A DNA stretch of 64,000 nt, from assembly GCA_963695275.1 (NCBI GenBank), contig OY968772.1, positions 1,627,267-1,691,266 of the forward strand. The letters are read 5' to 3'. This DNA is from an uncultured Solirubrobacterales bacterium. Its GTDB lineage: Bacteria; Actinomycetota; Thermoleophilia; Solirubrobacterales; 70-9. Shown piece after piece: positions 49,160 to 57,717 of the stretch. The notes below the pieces were generated by a model. The model was not told the origin of the DNA, ran no database searches, and saw only the letters and a program-made list of their open reading frames with translations. The translations under genes and the position numbers were made by a program. The number at the start of each line of letters is the position of its first letter. Position 1 is the first letter of the stretch.

Positions 49160-50077
49160 CTAGGCCGGCGCCCGCGCCTGGTCGGCCTCTTGCCGGCGCT
49201 GCAGCTCGCGGCGTTTGTTCAGCCAGTGGGGTGCGTAGAGGACCAGCCCCAGGCCCAGAGCGGCCACCGCGGAGGCGATCGGCCAGACGTTCGGGTCGCC
49301 CTTCTGGATCGTGACGATGCCGGAGCCGATCAGGACCAGGCCGAGCGCGGTGCGGATGAAGCCCTGCGGCGCCCTGTCGGAGAGGGCCGAGCCGATGATG
49401 ACGCCGGGGATCGAGCCGACGAGGATGTTGCCGGCGAGCCCGAAGTCGACGTTGCCGCCGACGATGTGGGCGAGGCCGGCGGCCCAGAGCAGGATCGCGG
49501 CATGGAAGACGTCGGTGCCGACGACCTTCTTCGGGGACAGGCGGTAGACGGCGATCAAGAGGATCGCGATCACCGTGCCCGAGCCGGCCGAGGTGATCCC
49601 GATCACGAAACCGGTGGTGGCGCCGATCACGATCGCGGCGATCTTGTGGCGTTTCTCGACCTCGAAGCGGTCGCGCTCCTCGATCAGCTTGCGCAGGATC
49701 AGCGCCCGGCCGAGGGTGATGATCCCGACCATCAGCAGGGTGCCGCCGAGGACCGCGTAGACGAGCGAGTCGAGGCGGTCTTCACCGACGTGGTCGGCGA
49801 GGATCGAGACCAGGGCGACGCCGAGCACGGCCGCCGGCACGCTGCCGAAGGAGAGCCACTTGACCAGCTCCATGTTCACCGTGCCCATGCGGAAATGGCG
49901 CCAGCCGCCGACCGTCTTGGTGATCGCCGAGTAGACGATGTCGGTGCCGATCGCCGTGGTCGGCTGGATCCCGAAGATCAGGATCAGCAGCGGCGTCATC
50001 AGCGAGCCTCCGCCCATGCCAGTCATACCGACGAGTACGCCGATACCCAATCCGAAGAGGACGATTGCCGGGTCCAT
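49160..50077 (-). CDS. Sulfite/anion exporter TauE/SafE family
   Basis: 'GIGVLVGMTGMGGGSLMTPLL' repeats in both halves, with 8 TM segments. Confidence 0.9.
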   Translation of the reverse strand: MDPAIVLFGLGIGVLVGMTGMGGGSLMTPLLILIFGIQPTTAIGTDIVYSAITKTVGGWRHFRMGTVNMELVKWLSFGSVPAAVLGVALVSILADHVGEDRLDSLVYAVLGGTLLMVGIITLGRALILRKLIEERDRFEVEKRHKIAAIVIGATTGFVIGITSAGSGTVIAILLIAVYRLSPKKVVGTDVFHAAILLWAAGLAHIVGGNVDFGLAGNILVGSIPGVIIGSALSDRAPQGFIRTALGLVLIGSGIVTIQKGDPNVWPIASAVAALGLGLVLYAPHWLNKRRELQRRQEADQARAPA

Positions 50078-50161
50078 GGTGAGTTGTGCTGCCGCGCGGG
50101 ATACTTATCGACTTTCCTGACCTGCTTGGTCGGGAGCGCGGAGTGCGCCAGGATACCAAGG

Positions 50162-50923
50162 ATGTCCGTCTCGATTCGCGGCCTCGGCCACTCCTACGCC
50201 GAGCTGCGCACGATCGAGCGGCTCGACCTCGAGATCTCGGCGCACGAGGTGATCGGGCTCGTCGGGCCCTCCGGCTGCGGCAAGTCGACCCTGCTGGAGC
50301 TGATCTGCGGGCTGCAGGAGCCGAACGCCGGGGAGATCGCGATCGACGGCGTCGCGACCGCACCGGGCCGCCTCACCCAGTGCGCCTACATGCCCCAGAG
50401 CGACCTGCTGCTGCCCTGGTACTCGGCGCTCGACAACGCGGCGCTGGCCCTGCGCAACCGGGGACTCGGCCGCAAGGAGGCACGGGAGCGGGCAGGGAAG
50501 CTGTTCGAGCGCTTCGGCCTCGCTGGCTTCGAGCGCGCTGCCCCGACCGAGCTCTCGGGCGGGATGCGCCAGCGCGTCGCCTTCCTCCGCACCCTCGTCG
50601 CCGGCAAGCCGCTGCTGGCCCTCGACGAGCCCTTCGCCTCACTCGACGCGATCACCCGCGGCGAGATGCAGGAGTGGCTGGCCGAGGCATTGCGGACCGA
50701 CCCGCGCACCGTCGTCCTCGTCACCCATGACGTCGAGGAGGCGCTCTACCTCTCCGACCGCGTCATCGTGCTCTCTGATCGCCCAGCCCGGGTCGTCGCC
50801 GAGCTCTCCGCACCCCGGCCGCGAGCAGCCAATCGCGACGCGGCCGTCACCGACGCTGATTTCGTGCGAATCCGCGAGCAGGCGCTCCACGCCCTCCATC
50901 AACCTGCTTCCGCGGTTCCTTAG
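50162..50923 (+). CDS. ABC transporter ATP-binding protein (NitT/TauT family)
   Basis: 'GPSGCGKST', 'LSGGMRQRVA' and 'LALDEPFASLD'. ATG 50162 lies within listed ORF 49151..50923. Confidence 0.9.
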   Translation: MSVSIRGLGHSYAELRTIERLDLEISAHEVIGLVGPSGCGKSTLLELICGLQEPNAGEIAIDGVATAPGRLTQCAYMPQSDLLLPWYSALDNAALALRNRGLGRKEARERAGKLFERFGLAGFERAAPTELSGGMRQRVAFLRTLVAGKPLLALDEPFASLDAITRGEMQEWLAEALRTDPRTVVLVTHDVEEALYLSDRVIVLSDRPARVVAELSAPRPRAANRDAAVTDADFVRIREQALHALHQPASAVP

Positions 50924-50930
50924 GCACGAG

Positions 50931-51710
50931 ATGCGTGGAAAAGGAACCACGGAAGGCTTGAGGCGCTGGATACTCCCCGCACTCCTGCTGGCGGCGCTGA
51001 TCGGAGCCTGGCAGTTGGCCGCCTCGAGCGGCTTTCTGGCCGAAGTCCTGGGGCTCGAAAGCTATCTCGTCCCCTCGCCGGCGGAAGTAGCCGAATCGCT
51101 CTGGCAGAACCGCTCGTTGCTGGCGGAAAACGCCTGGGTGACGCTGCGCGAGATCCTCTTCGGACTCGCCTGCGCGCTCGTCGCCGGGATCGTGTTTGCG
51201 GTGGCGATGCATCTCTCGGGGTTGGTCCGCGATGCCTTCTACCCCCTGATCGTTGCCTCGCAGACGATCCCGATCCTCATCATCGCCCCGATCCTGCTGG
51301 TCTGGCTCGGCTTTGGGATCGGCCCCAAGATCGTCGTCGTCGCCCTGATCTGCTTCTTCCCGATCACGATCAACGTCCTCGCCGGCCTCGACGCCGCCAG
51401 CCCCGAGGCGATCAAGCTGATGCGCAGCCTCGACGCCTCGCGCTGGCAGCTCTTCCGCCGGATCGAGATACCCACGGCGCTGCCGAACTTCTTCACCGGC
51501 GCCAAGATCGCCGTCGTCCTCGCTCCGATCGGTGCTGTCTTCGGCGAGTGGGTCGGTGGCAGCTCCGGTCTCGGGCACCTGATCCTCACCGACAACGCCC
51601 AGCTCGAAGTGGCCCGGGAGTTCGCGGCGGTCGCTGTGCTCTCCGCTATGGCCCTGATCCTGATCGGCCTGCTGGCCCTCGCCGAGCGACGCGTCGTCAC
51701 TTGGCGATAG
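50931..51710 (+). CDS. ABC transporter permease (NitT/TauT family)
   Basis: 6 TM segments and the EAA-type loop 'MRSLDASRWQLFRRIEIPTALP'. ATG 50931. Confidence 0.9.
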   Translation: MRGKGTTEGLRRWILPALLLAALIGAWQLAASSGFLAEVLGLESYLVPSPAEVAESLWQNRSLLAENAWVTLREILFGLACALVAGIVFAVAMHLSGLVRDAFYPLIVASQTIPILIIAPILLVWLGFGIGPKIVVVALICFFPITINVLAGLDAASPEAIKLMRSLDASRWQLFRRIEIPTALPNFFTGAKIAVVLAPIGAVFGEWVGGSSGLGHLILTDNAQLEVAREFAAVAVLSAMALILIGLLALAERRVVTWR

Positions 51711-51720
51711 AACACAGGGG

Positions 51721-52743
51721 ATGAAGTTGCCCCGAATCCCCATGCTCGCCCTCGCGGTCGCGCTGCTTGCCCTCGCGCTCGGACTGACCGCCTGCGGCGA
51801 GAAGTCCGAGGACGCGAGCACCGAAGTGCAGCCGCTGAGCCTGACGCTGGACTTCTACCCCAACGCCGACCACGCCGGGATCTACATGGCGCAGAAGCTC
51901 GGCTACTTCGAGGAAGCCGGGCTCGACGTCAGCATCGACACCCCCTCCGACCCGGCCGCACCGCTGAAGCTGGTCGCCGCCGGCCAGTCGGACCTGGCGA
52001 TCTCCTACGAGCCGGAGGTCGCCCTCGCTCGCGAAAAGGAACTTGATGTGATCGCGATCGGGGCGCTCGTGAACAGGCCGCTGACCTCGTTGATCTGGCT
52101 CGGGAATTCCGGCATCAAAGGGGTCCCCGACCTCAAGGGCAAGACCGTCGCGACCGCCGGCATCCCCTACCAGGAAGCCTTCCTGAAGACGATCCTCTCC
52201 CGTGCCCACCTCTCGCCCAGCGCGGTCAAGGAAGTCAACGTCGGCTTCGGCCTGCTGCCGGCCCTACTCGGGGGCAGCGCCGACGCGATGCTCGGCGGCT
52301 ACAGCAACGTCGAGGGCGTCGACCTCAGCCAACGCGGCAAAGACCCGGTGGTCACCCCGGTCGACCAGCTCGGCGTCCCCACCTACGACGAGTTGGTCCT
52401 GGTCGCCAACCCCAAGGCGCTGGCGGCCGACCCGGACAAGTACCGCCTCTTCATCGCCGCCCTGCAGCGCGGCACCGAAGCCGCCGCAAAGCAGCCCCAC
52501 GCCGCAACCCAGGCCGTGCTCGAAGCCAATAACGGGCTCGACCCGAAACTGACCGAAGCCCAGGTGGAAGCGACGCTGCCGCTGCTCGCGGCGCGCACGC
52601 AGGGCCAGCCCTTCGGTTACATGAACGCCGACGAGTGGGGCACCTTTGCCGGCTGGATGCGCGACAACGGCCTGACCGAGTCGCTGCCGGTACCGAGCGA
52701 ACTGCTCAGCAACGCCTACCTCTCGGGCGAAATCCCCGAATAG
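51721..52743 (+). CDS. ABC substrate-binding lipoprotein (NMT1/THI5-like; sulfonate, nitrate or pyrimidine class)
   Basis: Lipobox 'GLTACG' and the 'LDFYPNADHAGIY' pattern of NMT1-like SBPs. Confidence 0.85.
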   Translation: MKLPRIPMLALAVALLALALGLTACGEKSEDASTEVQPLSLTLDFYPNADHAGIYMAQKLGYFEEAGLDVSIDTPSDPAAPLKLVAAGQSDLAISYEPEVALAREKELDVIAIGALVNRPLTSLIWLGNSGIKGVPDLKGKTVATAGIPYQEAFLKTILSRAHLSPSAVKEVNVGFGLLPALLGGSADAMLGGYSNVEGVDLSQRGKDPVVTPVDQLGVPTYDELVLVANPKALAADPDKYRLFIAALQRGTEAAAKQPHAATQAVLEANNGLDPKLTEAQVEATLPLLAARTQGQPFGYMNADEWGTFAGWMRDNGLTESLPVPSELLSNAYLSGEIPE

Positions 52744-55091
52744 CCGAGCGTGCCTTCGCCGAGCAACCGGCTGATGTCGGTCGCCGGCATCGCCGCGTGG
52801 AAGAGATGGCCCTGGGCGTAGTCGCAACCGAGCCGGCGCAGCTCCGCCACCTGGACCTCGTTCTCGACGCCCTCGGCGATCACCTCCAGCGATAGCGCCC
52901 GGGCCATGCCGATGATCGCCTCGACGATCGCCGTGCGCTCCTGCTCGATGCCGAGCGCGTCGACGAAGGAGCGGTCGATCTTGAGCGCGTGGAAGGGGAA
53001 GCGGTTGAGATAGGCGAGCGAGGAGTAGCCGGTGCCGAAGTCGTCGAGGACGAGGCGGACGCCGATCTCGTTCAGCTCTTCCAGGGAGGCGATCGCGGTC
53101 GCCGACTCCTCGACCAGAACGCTCTCGGTGATCTCCAGCCGCAGATGGATCGGGTCGATGCCGGTGCGGGCGATGATCTCCGCCACCGTCGCGGGCAGGT
53201 CGCGGTGGGCGACCTGACGGGCGGAGAGGTTGACGGCGACGTCAAAGGGGCGGGCGTCGGGGCGCTGCTGGTGCCACTCGAGGATCTGACGGCAGGCACG
53301 CTCCTGGACCCAGCGCCCGATCGGCTCGATCAGGCCGCTGTCCTCGGCGATCGAGACGAAGTCACTGGGATCGAGCAGGCCACGCTCGGGGTGCTGCCAG
53401 CGGACCAGTGCCTCGAGGCCGGAGATCTCGCCGGTCTGCAGGCTGACCACCGGCTGGTAGTGGAGGGCGAGCTCCTCGCGGTCGAGCGCGTGCCGCAGCT
53501 CCCGTTCGACCTCGAGCCGGCGCATCGCACTGGCCCGCATCGCGGCGTCGAAGAGGACGCAGCGGGCGCGGCCGCCTTCCTTGGCCCGGTACATCGCCGC
53601 GTCGGCGTCGCGGATCAGCAACTCGGCGCTGGCGCTGCGCTGCCCGGAGGGGCGGGCGACGGCGATGCCGACGCTGGCGCTGACGAAGTGCTCGACTCCG
53701 TCGAGCGAGAAGGGCTGGGCGAAGGCGGCGGCGACGCGGTCGGCGATCGCCAGCGCCTCCTCCTCGTCGGCGAGGCGGTCGATGAGGACGCCGAACTCGT
53801 CACCGCCGAAGCGGGCGACCACGTCCCCCGGCCGCAGGTGGGCGCGCAGGCGCGGCGCCACCGCCCGCAGCAGGGCGTCGCCGGCGTGGTGGCCGAGGCT
53901 GTCGTTGATCAGCTTGAAGTGGTCGAGGTCGAGGAAGAGGATCCCGATCGGCGAGCCCGAGGCGGTCGCCCGCTTGAGCGAGTCGTTGAGGGCATCGACG
54001 AAGCTGAGGCGGTTCGGCAGGCCGGTCAGGGAATCGTGGAGGACGCGGTGGCGCAGAGCCTGGTCGGCGGCGTGGCGCTCGATCGAGTCGGCCAGCACGT
54101 TGGCGGCGGCCTGGACGAAGGGGACGTCCTTGGGGTCGAAGCTGTGCGGCTCGGTGGCGTGGATGTCGAGCACCCCGAACGGATGGTCTTTGCCGTCGAT
54201 CATCACCGCCAGGCTGCTGGCGGCGCCGACCACGCGCAGCACCGGCGGCATCGTGAAGCGGCTCTCGCCGGCCCAGTCGGCGACGATCGTGTGGGTGCCC
54301 GACTCGAGCGCGGCACCGGCGTGGGAGTCGAGCGCGGCGGAGACGCGGCGACCGGCGCCGACGACCTCGTCCTCGAGGCCGGCGCGAAGATTGAGGCGGC
54401 GGCCGTCGCGGCCGAGCTCCCAGATGCAGGCGCTGTGGACGCCGTCGACTTCGCCGATCAGCGAGATCGCGGCCCGCATCAGCGACTCGGGGTCGCCGTC
54501 CTGCAGGGCTCGCTCGCCGAGTTTGGCAACGACGGCCTGCTGTGCCAGCGCCCGCTGCAACTCGCCCTCGGTCCGCTTGCGCTCGGTGATGTCGTAGAGG
54601 ACTCCGTGCCAGACCGGCACCCCCTTGTCGTCAGCCTCCAGCACCGCTTCGTCGAGCATCCAGACGATCTCCCCTTTACGGGTCCGCAGCCGGTACTCGA
54701 CCGGGCGAGTGGAGCGATCGCCGAGATAGATCTCGGTTTCGTTCGCCAGCGCCTGCTCCCGGTCATCCGGATGCAGGAGGCTGGCCCAGAGGTTGGGGTC
54801 GGCTTTGAACTCCTCCGCCGTATAGCCGAGAATCTCCTCGACCTGAGGGCTGACGTAGTACCACTCGCCGTACTCGCCCATCTCCGAGGTGTAGACGATC
54901 ACCGGCAGCCGCTCGACCAGGCGCCGATAATCCTGACCCCCGGCCGTGATCTGGTCGAGGAATTCGTTGACCTCGTGGTCGGGCCAGTTCCTGTCCCCTT
55001 TAGCCGGCATCGCGTCGTTATCGACAGATCGTCGCGACGCTTGACCACACCCTCTCCCAGGCACGAACTTGTGCAGCCCTCCGGAGCTCAC
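52716..55091 (-). CDS. PAS-GAF-GGDEF-EAL cyclic-di-GMP signalling protein
   Basis: 'RFGGDEFGV', 'GLEALVRW', 'DDFGTGYSSL', an N-terminal PAS ('VYTSEMGEYGEWYYVSPQ') and a GAF domain. Start is GTG 55091 or ATG 55010. Confidence 0.9.
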   Translation of the reverse strand: MSSGGLHKFVPGRGCGQASRRSVDNDAMPAKGDRNWPDHEVNEFLDQITAGGQDYRRLVERLPVIVYTSEMGEYGEWYYVSPQVEEILGYTAEEFKADPNLWASLLHPDDREQALANETEIYLGDRSTRPVEYRLRTRKGEIVWMLDEAVLEADDKGVPVWHGVLYDITERKRTEGELQRALAQQAVVAKLGERALQDGDPESLMRAAISLIGEVDGVHSACIWELGRDGRRLNLRAGLEDEVVGAGRRVSAALDSHAGAALESGTHTIVADWAGESRFTMPPVLRVVGAASSLAVMIDGKDHPFGVLDIHATEPHSFDPKDVPFVQAAANVLADSIERHAADQALRHRVLHDSLTGLPNRLSFVDALNDSLKRATASGSPIGILFLDLDHFKLINDSLGHHAGDALLRAVAPRLRAHLRPGDVVARFGGDEFGVLIDRLADEEEALAIADRVAAAFAQPFSLDGVEHFVSASVGIAVARPSGQRSASAELLIRDADAAMYRAKEGGRARCVLFDAAMRASAMRRLEVERELRHALDREELALHYQPVVSLQTGEISGLEALVRWQHPERGLLDPSDFVSIAEDSGLIEPIGRWVQERACRQILEWHQQRPDARPFDVAVNLSARQVAHRDLPATVAEIIARTGIDPIHLRLEITESVLVEESATAIASLEELNEIGVRLVLDDFGTGYSSLAYLNRFPFHALKIDRSFVDALGIEQERTAIVEAIIGMARALSLEVIAEGVENEVQVAELRRLGCDYAQGHLFHAAMPATDISRLLGEGTLGYSGISPER

Positions 55092-56033
55092 TCAGGCGGC
55101 AAGGCGCAGCGGCGGGCCCTGGGCCACGAGCCGGTGCAGACCGGCCATGGTGAGGGAGCCGACCAAGCCCCGGTAGGGCTCGTAGGGCGCGTAGAACTCC
55201 TCCACCTCAGCGACGCTGGCGCGGCGCCCGAGCCCGGCGAGGCGACCGACCAGCTTGATGTAGCCGAGGTCGCCGGCCGGCAGCGAGTCCATCTCCCCGC
55301 GCCCGAACAGGGCCAGGCACTGGACCGTCCAGGGCCCGACCTGGGGGATCGCCAGCAGGCGCCGATCCGCCGACGGCGAGTCGATCTGACAGCGGCCGGC
55401 GGCGACGACCTTGGCCACCCGCCGTAGAGCCGCAGCGCGGGTCGGGGCGAGGTCCATCGAGGCCAGCTCAGCCGGGGCACGGCCGGCGATCGCCGCCGCC
55501 GCCGGGACGTCACGCAGAGCCCCAGGACCCTCGCCGATCCGCGGCCCCCAGCGGCCGACGATGCGGCGCTCGATCGTGACCGCGCGCTGGGCCTCGATCA
55601 GCTGCCCGATCACGGCTGCCGACAGCGCCTCCCAGGGCCAGACCCGGCGCCGCGGCCGGAAGCTGGGGAAGCGACGGATCAGCGGCCCGACCAGGGGGTC
55701 GCGGCGGAAGCGGCGGTGGAACTCGCCGAGGTCGTAGTCGAGCCCGAGCACGAAGCGCATCCGCTCCAGCGCCAGCTCCAACTCAGGCGCACCGGCCGGG
55801 GCAGGGTCGCCATCGGGAGCAAGCGGCAACGTCACCCGCCCCGGGTCGACAGCCTCCGCCCGCAGAACGACACGATCGGAGGCCGGCTGCCAGGCCCGCA
55901 CCAGCACCGGGCTCACTCCGACATGCAGCAAGCGCGTCGCCACCCCACCCTGAATCCAAAGCGTCCGATCGTCACTCCCCCGCGGCAGCGCGTAGGGCGA
56001 ACCCGGCCGAACCTCTAGCTCGAGCGCACTCAC
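55092..56033 (-). CDS. alkA: DNA-3-methyladenine glycosylase II (AlkA-like, HhH-GPD)
   Basis: HhH 'IPQVGPWTVQCLALFG' and the Asp loop 'DSLPAGDLGYIK'. Confidence 0.8.
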   Translation of the reverse strand: MSALELEVRPGSPYALPRGSDDRTLWIQGGVATRLLHVGVSPVLVRAWQPASDRVVLRAEAVDPGRVTLPLAPDGDPAPAGAPELELALERMRFVLGLDYDLGEFHRRFRRDPLVGPLIRRFPSFRPRRRVWPWEALSAAVIGQLIEAQRAVTIERRIVGRWGPRIGEGPGALRDVPAAAAIAGRAPAELASMDLAPTRAAALRRVAKVVAAGRCQIDSPSADRRLLAIPQVGPWTVQCLALFGRGEMDSLPAGDLGYIKLVGRLAGLGRRASVAEVEEFYAPYEPYRGLVGSLTMAGLHRLVAQGPPLRLAA

Positions 56034-56389
56034 CTGCCGAGCAGGTGCACGTCCACGAGGAAAGAGCGACTGGCAACCACGTTCTGGCGGTCGCGACGTC
56101 GACTCAGGCGACGTGGGGGGCGGCTCTTGGAGCCGACAGCGCTGACCGCCCGCACGGCGGCAACGGTCGCGGCCCCAGCCAGGACGCCACCGGCAGCGGC
56201 CAAAGCGGCGCTGCGAACCTCAGTGCTCAACACCGGCACCGCGGACTCCTCATAAGGCAACGGCAGCGCCCGAACGGGCTCAGCCTCCGTCGGCTCCGCG
56301 TCTTCCTCAGCAACGATCTCGCCGTCTAGTTCGAGGTCACTCACCTCTTCGACTCTAGCGACGGGTGGGGTCGCCTCCCCAAGCCTCAC
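56030..56389 (-). CDS. Hypothetical protein (acidic N-term, one hydrophobic segment, basic C-term)
   Basis: ORF whose stop overlaps the alkA start by 4 nt. No family recognised. Confidence 0.4.
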   Translation of the reverse strand: MRLGEATPPVARVEEVSDLELDGEIVAEEDAEPTEAEPVRALPLPYEESAVPVLSTEVRSAALAAAGGVLAGAATVAAVRAVSAVGSKSRPPRRLSRRRDRQNVVASRSFLVDVHLLGR

Positions 56390-56420
56390 CGCAAATAGCG
56401 AACGTTGAAAAACGCCTCGA

Positions 56421-56543
56421 GAGGGAGGGGTCGGGTGTCCCCGCAGCGCGCGGCGTCCGATTTTCGCCCCGGCGACTCAGCGAGAGAGTCAGGGCTCCCG
56501 GCGAAAATCCCAGCAAGCGGAGGGGATACCCGACCCCTCCCCC
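56421..56543. repeat. 123-nt nested imperfect inverted repeat (long rod-like hairpin)
   Basis: Hand-paired stems: 56423-36 with 56528-41 (14 bp), 56437-42 with 56522-27 (6 bp including G.U), 56459-68 with 56500-09 (10 bp), and 56474-78 with 56486-90 (5 bp, 7-nt loop). Confidence 0.65.
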
Positions 56544-56554
56544 GCAAGCCGCCC

Positions 56555-57691
56555 TTACAACGCCCGCTCGTAGAGCCGGTACTTCTTGACCACCTCGCCA
56601 CCCATCCCTTCCATGGCGCGGTTCATCGGCTTGTTCGTCTCCAGGATCCAGCCCATCTCGCCACCGACGATGCCGCCCGGGACCGCCGCCTCCTCCAGGT
56701 GCCGGAGGTAGAGCCCGGCGGCGATGCCGGTGTGGCGGTAATCGTTCTTGACCCCGAGCGCGAAGACACGGCACTGGTCGATCTTGCGTTTGCCGAGCAG
56801 GAACCTGGCCCAGCCGAAGGGCAGCAGGCGCCCGTTCAGCTTCGCCATCACCTGGTTGATGTCCGGCAGGGTCAGGGCCGCTCCCACCACCTCGCCGTCC
56901 TTTTCGGCCATGTAGGCCCAGTTCTCGGCGATCACCTGCTTCAGGTTCTTGGCCTGGAACTCGACCTCGGCATCGGTGATCGGGACGAAGCCCCAGTTGC
57001 TCCCCCAGGCCTCGTTGTAGACGTCGGTGAAGCGCCGCACCTCTTTGGCCATTTCGCTTTTGCGGAGGTTGCGGATGACGATCCCTTCCTCCTCCAGCGC
57101 CTTCTTCGCGGCGGCGTGGATCGAGGGGTCGAAGCTCTCCCCCTCTTTGAGGCTGCCGAACTGCAGCTCCCACATCAACACGTCCATCGTCTTCGCGAAG
57201 CCCTCGGCTTCGATCAGGTCCTTGTAGAAGGGCGGGTGCCAGGGCTCGAGGATCATCGGTCGCCGCTCGTAGCCCTCGATCAGGATCCCGATCTCGTCGT
57301 TGGTGGTGAAGTCCATCGGCCCGAGGATGCGGGTCCGACCCTTGGCCGCCGCCCACTCGCAGGCGGCGTCGAGCAGCGCCTTCGCCACCTCCGGGTCGTC
57401 GCCGCTCTCGAAGAAGCCGAACATCGCGTCGCTGCCGCCCTGGTACTCGTCCCAGCGGTGATCGACCTGGGCGCTGATCCGGCCCACCGGCTCAGCGTCG
57501 CGCTCGGCGATGAGCAGCTCCACCTCGGCGTGCTCGAAGTAGGGGTTCTTCTTCGGATCGAGGAACTCCATCCGCTCGAAGACCAGTGGCGCCACCCACT
57601 GCGGATGGTCGCGGTGGAGCGTGAACGGCACCTTGACGAAGCGCTTGCGCTCGCGACGCGTTCGCACCGGCCGGATCGAGACGCTTGCCAT
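56555..57691 (-). CDS. GNAT-like acyltransferase family protein (378 aa)
   Basis: 'RPVRTRRERKRFVKVPFTLH..' and the C-terminal 'VFALGVKNDYRHTGIAAGLY' acyl-CoA N-acyltransferase core. Confidence 0.65.
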   Translation of the reverse strand: MASVSIRPVRTRRERKRFVKVPFTLHRDHPQWVAPLVFERMEFLDPKKNPYFEHAEVELLIAERDAEPVGRISAQVDHRWDEYQGGSDAMFGFFESGDDPEVAKALLDAACEWAAAKGRTRILGPMDFTTNDEIGILIEGYERRPMILEPWHPPFYKDLIEAEGFAKTMDVLMWELQFGSLKEGESFDPSIHAAAKKALEEEGIVIRNLRKSEMAKEVRRFTDVYNEAWGSNWGFVPITDAEVEFQAKNLKQVIAENWAYMAEKDGEVVGAALTLPDINQVMAKLNGRLLPFGWARFLLGKRKIDQCRVFALGVKNDYRHTGIAAGLYLRHLEEAAVPGGIVGGEMGWILETNKPMNRAMEGMGGEVVKKYRLYERAL

Positions 57692-57717
57692 GGGTGCCGC
57701 AACCTACACTCTGGTCG

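Noticed and set aside
52989-55427. 812-aa plus-strand ORF
   Set aside because: It is antisense to the PAS-GAF-GGDEF-EAL gene and alkA, both of which have unambiguous motifs. Its composition is typical of a shadow frame.
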